64,000 nucleotides of DNA from an uncultured virus (IMG/VR IMGVR_UViG_3300021087_000002) (lineage: Duplodnaviria; Heunggongvirae; Uroviricota; Caudoviricetes): IMG/VR virus record IMGVR_UViG_3300021087_000002; one strand, written 5' to 3'. The translations under genes were made by a program, and so were the position numbers. Positions 49,194 to 59,019 of this stretch are shown here, in pieces; position 1 is the stretch's first letter; each line of letters starts with the position of its first letter. The notes under the pieces are model-generated. The model searched no databases. It had not been told where the DNA came from and saw only the letters and a list, made by a program, of their open reading frames with translations.

Positions 49194-50005
49194 TGTCATT
49201 ACAAGGTATCTCATCAATCACTCTTACAGATAGTGGAGATTTATATACAACTATCCCAACTATAACTTTTAGCGCACCTACAACTGCAAAGAAACCTGCA
49301 AGAGCAACTGCTATTTTAAGCGGCGGATCTATCAGTCAAGTCAATATCGATAGTGGTGGATCTTACTATGCAACTGGTAGTACACCGACTGTTACTATCG
49401 CAAGTAGTGTTGGTACGACTGCAACAGCAACAGCCATAGTTACGAATAACAGAGTTTCGGCAATTACTCTAACGGATAGTGGACAGGGGTATATGACACC
49501 CCCAGCAGTAACAATTCTAGGACCTTCTGAAGAAGCATCAGACTTTAGTGCCGTTGGATATCCAAATCTAGACAGTGCTAGTGGTAAACTTACTTCAATA
49601 ACAATTGTTGACAGTGGAGATTTCTATACATCCCCACCATCTATCTTAATATCAGATCCACAACTATTCCAACCATTCCTTGTTGGGGAATATGTCAACC
49701 AAGACAGCGCATCGGACGGTGGAATAATGACTGCCGAAGTCGCAGAATATAATGATAGTAGTGAGATTTTATCACTCATTCATGTTGGTTCGGCAAACAA
49801 CCTTGGATCTTTTGCATTACCATCTACTGGCAAGTATCTTACTGGACAATCATCTGGTGCTACTGCTAAGATTGTTAGCTCTACTCAAAAGGATACTGTA
49901 GATCAACAGAACTTAGACTTTGCTACCTCTATAGAAGACTTCTTAGACTTCTCTGAAGGTAATCCATTTGGTGAAGTTGTTAAAAGCACAGGACTATCAA
50001 GCTAA
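49193..50005 (+). CDS. Beta-repeat virion protein carrying the gp14-type C-terminus
   Basis: ITxxDSGxxY..P repeats; ends FLDFSEGNPFGE. Confidence 0.65.
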   Translation: MSLQGISSITLTDSGDLYTTIPTITFSAPTTAKKPARATAILSGGSISQVNIDSGGSYYATGSTPTVTIASSVGTTATATAIVTNNRVSAITLTDSGQGYMTPPAVTILGPSEEASDFSAVGYPNLDSASGKLTSITIVDSGDFYTSPPSILISDPQLFQPFLVGEYVNQDSASDGGIMTAEVAEYNDSSEILSLIHVGSANNLGSFALPSTGKYLTGQSSGATAKIVSSTQKDTVDQQNLDFATSIEDFLDFSEGNPFGEVVKSTGLSS

Positions 50006-50781
50006 TGTTTAATGATTACTTTTATCACGAAAGACTGCGGAAGACAGTTGCCATATTTGGTTCACTCTTTACTAAGATACATGTAATGAGAACTGATAAG
50101 AATGGTAAGGTTCTGAGCACAGTTCGTGTACCTTTGGCATATTCCCCTAGATCTAAGTTTCTTCTTAGGCTACAACAAGTAGGTGAGTTTGGTAAAGATG
50201 ACTCAGTCGCCATGAAGCTTCCACGTATGTCCTTTGAAATGACATCACTGGCATATGATTCTACACGACAATTATCTAAGACTAATACTAGATTAAGACA
50301 AGCTGGTGTGGATGATAATAAGAAACGTGCAAAGGTAAGACAATCAGTTCCTTACATTGTAACATTTTCTCTTGGTATCTACGCAAATAATCAGGATGAT
50401 GCATTACAAATTGTAGAACAGATCATACCAACATTCTCACCACAATATACTGTGACCATGAAGCCATATAAAGATTATCCAGATATAAAAGAGGATATTC
50501 CTATCACACTTCAGTCTGTTGCATTTGTACAAGAAGGTGAAGGTCCTCAAGAACAAAGGCAAACAGTTCAGTATGTGATGGACTTTGAGGTTAAAACTAG
50601 CTTTACAGGTTCAATAGACGATGGTGAAGTTATCACTAAATCCATTGCTGAATTGGAAGTTACTAAAGGCACTAAATATGCTACGATAACTACTACACCA
50701 ACTATAATACCACAGTATGATTCTGACTATGGCTTTACCCAGCTTTATAATTATGAGGAAATAACGAGCGATGACGGATGA
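50005..50781 (+). CDS. gp15: Tail sheath stabiliser gp15
   Basis: FGSLF, VPLAY, LPRMSFE, QIVEQIIPTF.PQ. Confidence 0.9.
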   Translation: MFNDYFYHERLRKTVAIFGSLFTKIHVMRTDKNGKVLSTVRVPLAYSPRSKFLLRLQQVGEFGKDDSVAMKLPRMSFEMTSLAYDSTRQLSKTNTRLRQAGVDDNKKRAKVRQSVPYIVTFSLGIYANNQDDALQIVEQIIPTFSPQYTVTMKPYKDYPDIKEDIPITLQSVAFVQEGEGPQEQRQTVQYVMDFEVKTSFTGSIDDGEVITKSIAELEVTKGTKYATITTTPTIIPQYDSDYGFTQLYNYEEITSDDG

Positions 50782-51127
50782 TGAGAACATCAAGAGTGAC
50801 TATGACAAGTCACGTGATACGTATTACGATCTCATAGGAAAAGGCCAAGATGCCCTAAGTATGATGATGGAAGTTGCACGAGAGAGTGAGCATCCACGTG
50901 CATACGAAGTCTTGTCTGGTATGATTAAGAACATTGCAGATGTCAATGACAAGCTTATGGATCTTAACAAAAAACACAAAGATATCAATAAAAGTGATGT
51001 TCCACAGATTGAAAGTGGGACAACCAATAATAATGTCTTTATAGGATCTACAACAGATCTACAAAGAATGCTACAGGATGTCGATAGCAATAACAATGAT
51101 GTGATCGATATTACACCAGATGATTAA
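50771..51127 (+). CDS. gp16: Terminase small subunit gp16
   Basis: SEHPRAYEV, NNNVFIGSTTDLQ. Confidence 0.9.
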   Translation: MTDDENIKSDYDKSRDTYYDLIGKGQDALSMMMEVARESEHPRAYEVLSGMIKNIADVNDKLMDLNKKHKDINKSDVPQIESGTTNNNVFIGSTTDLQRMLQDVDSNNNDVIDITPDD

Positions 51128-52712
51128 CGCAAAAACGTATTTGGGTAACCAAAATGTTAAAAAGGATGGTGTGGTAGAACCATGGTCTCAGGATGATATT
51201 CTTGAGTACAAGAAGTGTATGGATGATCCTAAATACTTTGCTAAGACATATTGTAAAGTTATTCACCTTGATAGAGGATTGGTTAACTTTGACCTTTATC
51301 CATATCAAGAGAAGATGTTTGACCATTTCAACAATAGTAGATTTTCTATTGTATTAGCTTGTCGGCAGAGTGGTAAGTCAATATCTTCCGTTGCATATAT
51401 CTTATGGTATGCTATCTTCCACTCAGAAAAGAACATTGCAGTTTTAGCTAACAAAGGTGCAACTGCACGTGAGATGTTAGCACGTGTCACGCTTATGTTG
51501 GAGAACCTTCCATTCTTCTTACAGCCCGGAACTAAGGCTCTTAACAAAGGCTCTATTGAATTCTCTAATAACTCTAAGATCCTTGCGTCTGCAACAAGTG
51601 GATCCTCTATTCGTGGGTTATCTATTAACCTTCTGTTCTTGGACGAGTTTGCATTCGTTGAGAATGATGCACAATTCTATACGTCAACATATCCTGTTGT
51701 ATCGTCTGGTAAAGACACAAAGGTTATTATTACATCAACAGCTAATGGTATCGGTAACGTATTCCATAAGATATGGGAAGGCGCACAGCAAAAGACTAAT
51801 AGCTTTGTACCATTTAGAGTTGATTGGTGGGATGTTCCTGGTCGAGATCAGGATTGGAAATTAGAAACAATAAACAACACAAGTCAATTACAGTTTGATC
51901 AAGAGTATGGTAATACATTCTTTGGTACTGGCGATACATTGATTGATGCTGAAACTCTTATGAAACTGAGAGCAAAGAACCCCATCAGAGTAAATGGCGA
52001 CTGTCTAATATATGATGAAACTGAAAAGGGACATGAGTATATTATGATGGTAGATGTGGCTAAAGGTCGTGGACAAGACTACTCTACGTTTACCATAATT
52101 GATATTAGTACAGTTCCCTTTAAACAAGTAGCAGTATATCGAAACAATAGGATATCTCCTATTCTATTTCCAGACATCATTGCGAAGTTTGCAACAGCAT
52201 ATAATAATGCATATGTTGTTATCGAAGCAAATGATCAGGGATCTTTGGTATGTCAGGGTCTATACCAAGACATAGAATATGAGAACATGCACGTTGAAAG
52301 TGCTACAAAGAGTAGTGGTTTGGGTATTGAGATGAACAGAAAGATCAAACGTATTGGTTGTTCTGGCTTCAAAGATATACTCGAAAGTCATAAACTAGAC
52401 ATTGTGGATGAGCAGACTATTATAGAAATATCTACATTCGAAGCAAGAGGTAACTCATTTGAGGCTTCGAATGGTAATCACGATGATCTTGTGATGAACC
52501 TTGTATTGTTTGGATATTTTGCATCTTCGGCATACTTTGGTGATATGACAGACATTAATCTAAAAGACATGTTATTTAAACAAAGAATGCAAGATATTGA
52601 AGATGATGTACTTCCATTTGGATTTATTGATGATGGTGTTGTAGATACGCCAAGTCCTGTTGATCCCGCTAAGTTTGGATGGGCAATATCTGATACGTGG
52701 GATATGAAATAG
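51120..52712 (+). CDS. gp17: Terminase large subunit gp17
   Basis: RQSGKS Walker A, LDEFAF, STANG, DVAKGRGQDYS, HDDLVM. Confidence 0.95.
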   Translation: MINAKTYLGNQNVKKDGVVEPWSQDDILEYKKCMDDPKYFAKTYCKVIHLDRGLVNFDLYPYQEKMFDHFNNSRFSIVLACRQSGKSISSVAYILWYAIFHSEKNIAVLANKGATAREMLARVTLMLENLPFFLQPGTKALNKGSIEFSNNSKILASATSGSSIRGLSINLLFLDEFAFVENDAQFYTSTYPVVSSGKDTKVIITSTANGIGNVFHKIWEGAQQKTNSFVPFRVDWWDVPGRDQDWKLETINNTSQLQFDQEYGNTFFGTGDTLIDAETLMKLRAKNPIRVNGDCLIYDETEKGHEYIMMVDVAKGRGQDYSTFTIIDISTVPFKQVAVYRNNRISPILFPDIIAKFATAYNNAYVVIEANDQGSLVCQGLYQDIEYENMHVESATKSSGLGIEMNRKIKRIGCSGFKDILESHKLDIVDEQTIIEISTFEARGNSFEASNGNHDDLVMNLVLFGYFASSAYFGDMTDINLKDMLFKQRMQDIEDDVLPFGFIDDGVVDTPSPVDPAKFGWAISDTWDMK

Positions 52713-52728
52713 CTAGGAATAGTTTTCT

Positions 52729-52736
52729 TATAAATA
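52729..52736 (+). promoter_or_regulatory. T4-type late promoter
   Basis: TATAAATA upstream of gp18. Confidence 0.8.
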
Positions 52737-52799
52737 ACAGCGTAACCTTGAAATCCCACCGCATTATGTATTACTTATCATTTCAAAAGGAAAATAACC

Positions 52800-54527
52800 A
52801 TGGCAATTGGAACACCATCCCAAAGTCCAGCGATTGTTATCAAAGAAGTAGATCTGTCAGGCACAGTGCCTAATGTACAGTCTACAACTGGTGCAGTAGT
52901 TGGCGCATTCCGTTGGGGTCCAGTCGATGCAAGAGTAAGGGTCTCTAATGAGACAGAACTCGCATCTACATTTGGAACACCTAATGATGCTTTTAGTGGA
53001 GATTTCCACACGGCGGCATACTATTTACGTTATAGCTCAGATCTATTCGTAACACGTGCAATCACATCAACTGCGAGAAACGCACACGATAATGTTAACG
53101 CCACTACGGACAATCCCACAATCAAAAACGCAGACGATTGGGATACCCAAATCTCTGCACGTGACTCAGACGGTCACACATTTATCGGTAGATACCCAGG
53201 AGATCTAGGTAATACCCTTCAAATTCAAGTATGTCCTGCTCATACATCATCATTTACTAATTGGGCTTATAAACCTAACTTCGATGGACAGCCGGGAACA
53301 TCAGCACACGCCACATCTAAGAATGCAACAAATGACGAAGTACACGTTGCAGTTATCGATACTCTTGGTAATTTTGGTGCTAAAGGCGCAGTACTGGAAA
53401 CATATCCATTCGTATCATTAGCTTTAGATGCTAAAAATGCAGACGGATCAACAAACTACGTTAAAGATATTGTCAACACAGGTTCAAACTATGTTTGGAT
53501 GGCTGGCTTTGAAACAGCATTCTCAGATGTTGGTGCAGGTACTGCCGCAGATAGTGGAGAAGATTTCATCCTATCAGCACCTGCTATTAAGACATATAAC
53601 CTAACAGGTGGTGTAGTATCAAGTGGATATACAGCAGGAGATATCACAGGCGCATACGATCTATATGAAGATGTAGATACTGTTGAAGTTGACTTCTTAA
53701 TCGCTCCGGGTATGACCTCAAGTGCAGATCAGGTAACAGTTGTTAATGATCTTGTAGCAACAGCAAAAGCACGTAAAGATTGTGTAGTAGTTGCAGGTCC
53801 TGCTAGAAACGATGTTGTTGGTGTCAATAACCCAGCGACAATTACAACAAACGTTTTAGCTACAACAAACGCATTTACTTTCGACAGCACATTATTTGTT
53901 GATTGTAACTGGTTAAAGGTATACGACAAATATAACGACAAATATGTTAGTGTCCCTGCCGCATCGTCTACAGCGGGCATTATGTCAGCATCAGACGCAA
54001 ATGGTGCACCATGGATCTCACCAGCTGGTGGAAGACGTGGACAATACTTAGGTGTTACATCTACTGTATACAACCCAACTAAAGCACAACGTGATACATT
54101 GTATAAAGCAGGCGTTAACCCTGTTGGCAATATCCCAGGTCAAGGTGTTCTACTCTTTGGTGATAAAACTCACTTAAATAGACCATCAGCATTTGATCGT
54201 ATCAATGTTCGCAGATTGTTCCTCACACTAGAGAGAGCTATCGGTGAAGCGGCTAAAAATGTAATGTTTGAACTTAATGATGAGTTCACTCGTGCAGAAT
54301 TCGTTAACATCGTAGAACCAGTCCTAAGAGAAATCAAAGGTCGCCGTGGTATTACAGACTTCAAAGTAGTTTGTGACGAAACAAACAACACTTCGTCAGT
54401 TATTGACCGCAATGAGTTTATTGCTAACGTCTTCATCAAACCAGCACGTTCCATCAACTTCATCACCCTTAACTTTGTTGCAGTACGCAGTGGAGTAGAG
54501 TTTGAAGAAGTTGTCGGCACTGTATAA
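52800..54527 (+). CDS. gp18: Tail sheath protein gp18
   Basis: SPAIVIKEVD, FRWGP, SAFDRINVRRLF, KPARSINFI. Confidence 0.95.
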   Translation: MAIGTPSQSPAIVIKEVDLSGTVPNVQSTTGAVVGAFRWGPVDARVRVSNETELASTFGTPNDAFSGDFHTAAYYLRYSSDLFVTRAITSTARNAHDNVNATTDNPTIKNADDWDTQISARDSDGHTFIGRYPGDLGNTLQIQVCPAHTSSFTNWAYKPNFDGQPGTSAHATSKNATNDEVHVAVIDTLGNFGAKGAVLETYPFVSLALDAKNADGSTNYVKDIVNTGSNYVWMAGFETAFSDVGAGTAADSGEDFILSAPAIKTYNLTGGVVSSGYTAGDITGAYDLYEDVDTVEVDFLIAPGMTSSADQVTVVNDLVATAKARKDCVVVAGPARNDVVGVNNPATITTNVLATTNAFTFDSTLFVDCNWLKVYDKYNDKYVSVPAASSTAGIMSASDANGAPWISPAGGRRGQYLGVTSTVYNPTKAQRDTLYKAGVNPVGNIPGQGVLLFGDKTHLNRPSAFDRINVRRLFLTLERAIGEAAKNVMFELNDEFTRAEFVNIVEPVLREIKGRRGITDFKVVCDETNNTSSVIDRNEFIANVFIKPARSINFITLNFVAVRSGVEFEEVVGTV

Positions 54528-54550
54528 GTAGAGTAGAAAGGAACATTTAA

Positions 54551-55078
54551 ATGGCTATTCTCGGAGTAGACGATTTTAAAGCCAAACTCGCTGGTGGTGG
54601 AGCTAGACCTAACCTATTTAAGGTAACAGTTAACTTCCCAGCTTACGCAGGTGGCAACGTCGAACAAACATCATTCATGTGTAAAGGTGCTCAGTTACCT
54701 GCATCAGTGATTGCTCCTATCCCTGTATCATTCAGAGGTAGACAGTTACAGATTGCAGGAGACAGAACATTTGAACCATGGACTGTAACAATCATTAACG
54801 ATACGGACTTTGGAGTTCGTGATGCTATGGAACGTTGGATGAACGGTATTAACGGTCACACAACTAACACTGGTATCGTTAACCCAGCCGATTATCAGTC
54901 TGATCTTATTGTTGATCAATTAGATCGTGACGAAACGGTACTCAAATCATACACTTTCCGTGGTTGTTTCCCAACCAATGTTGGTGCTATTGATCTGAAC
55001 TACGACACAACAGGGGCAATTGAAGAATTCCCAGTTGAGTTCCAAGTTCAGTATTGGGAAAGTACAACGACTACTTAA
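54551..55078 (+). CDS. gp19: Tail tube protein gp19
   Basis: GGARPNLF, AGDRTFEPWTVTIINDTDF. Confidence 0.95.
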   Translation: MAILGVDDFKAKLAGGGARPNLFKVTVNFPAYAGGNVEQTSFMCKGAQLPASVIAPIPVSFRGRQLQIAGDRTFEPWTVTIINDTDFGVRDAMERWMNGINGHTTNTGIVNPADYQSDLIVDQLDRDETVLKSYTFRGCFPTNVGAIDLNYDTTGAIEEFPVEFQVQYWESTTTT

Positions 55079-55084
55079 TATCGT

Positions 55085-55092
55085 TATAAATA
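55085..55092 (+). promoter_or_regulatory. T4-type late promoter
   Basis: TATAAATA upstream of gp20. Confidence 0.75.
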
Positions 55093-55096
55093 AAGG

Positions 55097-55124
55097 GGTA
55101 GAGGGGATTTCTCCTCTACCTTAT
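55097..55124 (+). terminator. Hairpin between gp19 and gp20
   Basis: GGTAGAGGGG-attt-CTCCTCTACC followed by TTATT. Confidence 0.55.
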
Positions 55125-55143
55125 TATTAAATGGAAAGAAACT

Positions 55144-56805
55144 ATGGCAGACAACAGTAATCAAGGCATTAAATTATTCGGCTTCGAGATTCGTAGAGCT
55201 GGCGCACGTAAAGCGGCGGCTAAGAATCAACTTGATTCCATTGTACCACCAACGGATGATGATGGAGCAGGATACGTTACTGCATCAGGTTCTCACTTCG
55301 GTCAATATGTAAACCTAGACGGTGATGAATCTAAAGATAATATTGAACTAATTAGACAATATCGTGGAGTTGCTATGCACCCCGAAGTCGATGCGGCTAT
55401 CGAAGATATTGTAAACGAAGCAGTTACCATTGAGGATAAAGGACTATCAGTCAAACTTGTTCTTGATGATGTCGAAGCTTCAGATAAGATTAAGAAAGAG
55501 ATCCAACTAGAATTTGATACTGTATTAAATATGCTCAAATTCAACGATCTTGGACATGATATATTCAGACGTTTCTATGTAGATGGTCGTATGTATCATC
55601 ACTTAGTCGTAAACGAATCAAACTTAAAAGCAGGTATTCAAGAGATCCGTCCTATTGATGCTACCAAGATCCGTAAGGTGAAGGAAGTTAAAACTAAGAA
55701 AGATCCACTAACAGGTGCAAAGATCGTTGAAAAGGTTGACGAACACTTCATCTATCAGGAGAAGCCCGGCGAAACAGTTAATGGAATTAAACTAACACCA
55801 GATAGTGTCAGCTATGTGACATCAGGACTATTGGATGAAAGCCGTAAGAAAGTAGTATCTTACTTACACAAAGCTCTAAAACCAATTAACCAATTGCGCA
55901 TGATGGAAGACAGTTTGGTTATCTATCGTCTAGCACGTGCACCAGAACGTAGGATCTTCTACATTGATGTAGGAAATATGCCTAAAGGTAAGTCCGAAGA
56001 GTACATGAAAGGTATCATGACTCGTTATCGAAACAAATTGGTATATGATGCTAACACTGGTAAGCTTAAAGATGACCGTAAACATATGTCTATGTTGGAA
56101 GACTTCTGGCTACCAAGGCGTGAAGGTGGACGAGGTACGGAGATATCTACACTTCCAGGTGGAGAGAACTTAGGTCAAATTGATGACATCATTTACTTCC
56201 AAAAGCGTCTATATAGATCTTTAAACGTTCCTAGTTCAAGACTAGAGCAAGAGCAAGCAACTGGACTTCTAGGTAGATCCACAGAGATTAACCGTGACGA
56301 ACTTAAGTTCCAGAAGTTTATCGACAGATTGCGCCGTAGGTTCTCTGCACTATTCCTTGAGATCTTACGTAAGCAACTTGTTCTTAAAGGAACTATTACC
56401 AACGAGGATTGGGAAGCATGGCGTAATGAAATGGTTGTGGACTATGTGTCTGATAACCATTTTGCGGAATTACGTAATGCAGAATTAGTTAGAGAAAGAC
56501 TACAAACTCTAGATATGACACAACAGTATGTTGGTGAATTCTATTCTAAAGAGTGGGTCTTCAAAAATGTATTGAATCTATCTGACGATGAGATGGAAGA
56601 TATGAAGAAACAAATGAAGCAAGAGGAAGCTGATGGCGAAACTATGCCAGACGAAGATGGTGATGAGGAATATGATCCACCTAAACCTGCTCCAGTTGAA
56701 GTGAAAGTTGTACCAGACGAGGAAGAAAAGAAACCACGTGTGGATACCGACAAACTTGAAAAAGATCCAAAAGATCCTAAACAAAAGAAGAAAGATGATA
56801 AATAA
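55144..56805 (+). CDS. gp20: Portal protein gp20
   Basis: YRLARAPERRIFYIDVGN, EDFWLPRREGGRGTEI. Confidence 0.95.
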   Translation: MADNSNQGIKLFGFEIRRAGARKAAAKNQLDSIVPPTDDDGAGYVTASGSHFGQYVNLDGDESKDNIELIRQYRGVAMHPEVDAAIEDIVNEAVTIEDKGLSVKLVLDDVEASDKIKKEIQLEFDTVLNMLKFNDLGHDIFRRFYVDGRMYHHLVVNESNLKAGIQEIRPIDATKIRKVKEVKTKKDPLTGAKIVEKVDEHFIYQEKPGETVNGIKLTPDSVSYVTSGLLDESRKKVVSYLHKALKPINQLRMMEDSLVIYRLARAPERRIFYIDVGNMPKGKSEEYMKGIMTRYRNKLVYDANTGKLKDDRKHMSMLEDFWLPRREGGRGTEISTLPGGENLGQIDDIIYFQKRLYRSLNVPSSRLEQEQATGLLGRSTEINRDELKFQKFIDRLRRRFSALFLEILRKQLVLKGTITNEDWEAWRNEMVVDYVSDNHFAELRNAELVRERLQTLDMTQQYVGEFYSKEWVFKNVLNLSDDEMEDMKKQMKQEEADGETMPDEDGDEEYDPPKPAPVEVKVVPDEEEKKPRVDTDKLEKDPKDPKQKKKDDK

Positions 56806-57035
56806 TGGAAATGAATCAAACAGTACAAGACTTTATTAATCAAGTGCAAGAGAAAGACTTTGCCAAAGCAGAACCTACTTTTAAGGACATGATGACACAA
56901 AAGATTGGTGATGCTCTAGATGCAGAGAAAATTGCAGTTGCAAATGCGGTTCATAATGGTGTAGAGCCAGTAGAAGAACCAGTAGAAGAACCAGAAGCTT
57001 CAGTTGAACCCGAAGAAGAAATTAGTTCTGAATAA
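56805..57035 (+). CDS. Prohead core protein (gp67-like)
   Basis: Small acidic protein directly after the portal gene. Confidence 0.6.
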   Translation: MEMNQTVQDFINQVQEKDFAKAEPTFKDMMTQKIGDALDAEKIAVANAVHNGVEPVEEPVEEPEASVEPEEEISSE

Positions 57036-57058
57036 GAACAAATAGAGAATTCTATATG

Positions 57059-57066
57059 TATAAATA
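57059..57066 (+). promoter_or_regulatory. T4-type late promoter
   Basis: TATAAATA intergenic. Confidence 0.75.
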
Positions 57067-57091
57067 ATAGTTGAAACAAAAGGTAACTATA

Positions 57092-57307
57092 ATGAAGACT
57101 TTCACAGAAATACGTGAAAAAAGAAAGAAAGGTATGCCACCAGGTGAACATATCTTTGATACCAAAATTAAAGGTATCCACGTTATGGTACATAAAGAGA
57201 AGAACAAATTTGTCACATATGTTGACATGGAAAAGTTAGACACGTTCCGTGATTTAAACTCGGCTAAGAAGGCTGGTGCGGAATTTGTTAAACAGTTTAA
57301 AGGATAA
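57092..57307 (+). CDS. Small basic protein (gp68 position)
   Basis: MKTFTEIRE start; lies between gp67-like and gp21. Confidence 0.55.
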   Translation: MKTFTEIREKRKKGMPPGEHIFDTKIKGIHVMVHKEKNKFVTYVDMEKLDTFRDLNSAKKAGAEFVKQFKG

Positions 57308-57310
57308 ACG

Positions 57311-57973
57311 ATGAAACTTATCACAGAGTATACCGAAACCGATGTGCAGTGCATAGTCGAGGCTAACGATAAAGGCGAAAAGTCTTATGTTATCGAAGGT
57401 ATCTTTGCGATGGCAGAATCGAAGAACCGTAACGGACGGATCTACCCCAAACCTATAATGGAAAAGGCAGTAGAAAAGTACGTAACGGATCAAGTAATGA
57501 CTAAGAGAGCAGTTGGTGAGTTAAATCACCCCGAAGGTCCTACTGTTAACTTAGACAAAGTATCTCATCTTATTACTGATCTTCAATTTGAAGGTAATAA
57601 TGTGATGGGTAAGGCACAGATATTAGATACTCCAATGGGAAAGATCGTAAAAGGTTTACTTGATGGTGGTGTTCAACTAGGTGTGTCAACTCGTGGTATG
57701 GGTAGTCTCGAACAGAGAAACGGCGTAACAATGGTCAAAGAAGACTTTATTCTTAATACAGTTGATATTGTACAAGATCCATCCGCCCCGCAAGCTTTCG
57801 TAAATGGAATAATGGAAGGCGTGGACTGGGTTTGGAATAACGGCGTAATCGAAGCAAGAGAAATTGAAAGAATGGAGACTGAAGTTAAAAAGGCTCCACG
57901 TGCTGATCTTTATGAGACACAGACACGTGAGTTCAAGAATTTCCTCTCGTTACTCAAAACAAAAAGCATGTAA
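57311..57973 (+). CDS. gp21: Prohead protease gp21
   Basis: NRNGRIYP, GELNHP, GVSTRGMGS, DIVQDPSAP. Confidence 0.95.
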   Translation: MKLITEYTETDVQCIVEANDKGEKSYVIEGIFAMAESKNRNGRIYPKPIMEKAVEKYVTDQVMTKRAVGELNHPEGPTVNLDKVSHLITDLQFEGNNVMGKAQILDTPMGKIVKGLLDGGVQLGVSTRGMGSLEQRNGVTMVKEDFILNTVDIVQDPSAPQAFVNGIMEGVDWVWNNGVIEAREIERMETEVKKAPRADLYETQTREFKNFLSLLKTKSM

Positions 57974-57984
57974 AGGAGTACAGC

Positions 57985-59007
57985 ATGTCTGAAGAAAATC
58001 AGATCACTGATGCAGAACTCCATGACGAGAACGTTGTGGAAGAAGCTCATGATCCTAAAAACGCTGAAGTTGCGTCTGTCGATTCTGTCGATAAAGCGGC
58101 TAAAGCTACAACACAGGCGGCGGCACCAAAGACCAAAGCTGGCATGATTAATGCAATGTACGGTAAAATGTCGAAGATGAAAAAAGCAGATCTTCAAGCA
58201 TCTTACGGTAAAATGATGGGCGAAGAAGTAGAAGGCGAAGAAGCTGATGTAGTGGCAGAAGATGCAACTGCGGCAGTACAATTCGACTATACAACTGAAC
58301 TTGACGCATTGGTTGAGTCTGAAGCAACTCTTTCAGAAGAGTTCAAGACTAAAACTGCCGTTATCTTTGAATCTGCTATCAAAACAAAACTTGCAGAAGA
58401 AATTGATCGTCTGGAAGAAACATACGCAACTGAATTGGCTGAAGAGTTATCTACACAGAAAACTGAATTGGCTGAGCAGGTTGATGGCTACCTAAACTAT
58501 GTGGTTGAGACATGGGTTGAAGACAACAAAGTTGCTATTCAATCAGGTCTACGCACAGAAATCGCAGAAGGATTCATGGAGAAGTTGAAAGACGTATTCA
58601 CTGAATCTTACATTGCAGTACCAGATGAGAAAGTTGACCTAGTTGACGATCTATCTGAGCAAGTTAAAGAGTTGGAAACAGCTATTAATGAGCGCACTGA
58701 AGAAGCAATGTCATTGTCTGTAGAGCTAGACACATTTAGACGTGAAGCAGTTATTGCTGAAGCATCTAAAGGTTTGGCTGATACCCAAGTTGAAAAACTA
58801 ACTAAATTGGTTGAAGGATTTGAATTCCATGATGCTGAATCGTTTGCAGAAAAAGTTGCAATCGTGAAAGAAGCGAATTTCAAACCAGAAGCAATTGAAT
58901 CCACTATCGCAGAAGAAACAGTAGACGAAGCATCAGATGCTATCGCTGAATCTACTTCAGACGTGATGCAAACCTACCTTTCTGCAATCAGAAAATCTCA
59001 AAAGTAA
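57985..59007 (+). CDS. gp22: Prohead scaffold gp22
   Basis: Acidic coiled coil, LSEEFK...IFE, YLNYVVE.W. Confidence 0.9.
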   Translation: MSEENQITDAELHDENVVEEAHDPKNAEVASVDSVDKAAKATTQAAAPKTKAGMINAMYGKMSKMKKADLQASYGKMMGEEVEGEEADVVAEDATAAVQFDYTTELDALVESEATLSEEFKTKTAVIFESAIKTKLAEEIDRLEETYATELAEELSTQKTELAEQVDGYLNYVVETWVEDNKVAIQSGLRTEIAEGFMEKLKDVFTESYIAVPDEKVDLVDDLSEQVKELETAINERTEEAMSLSVELDTFRREAVIAEASKGLADTQVEKLTKLVEGFEFHDAESFAEKVAIVKEANFKPEAIESTIAEETVDEASDAIAESTSDVMQTYLSAIRKSQK

Positions 59008-59019
59008 GAGGATACTCTA

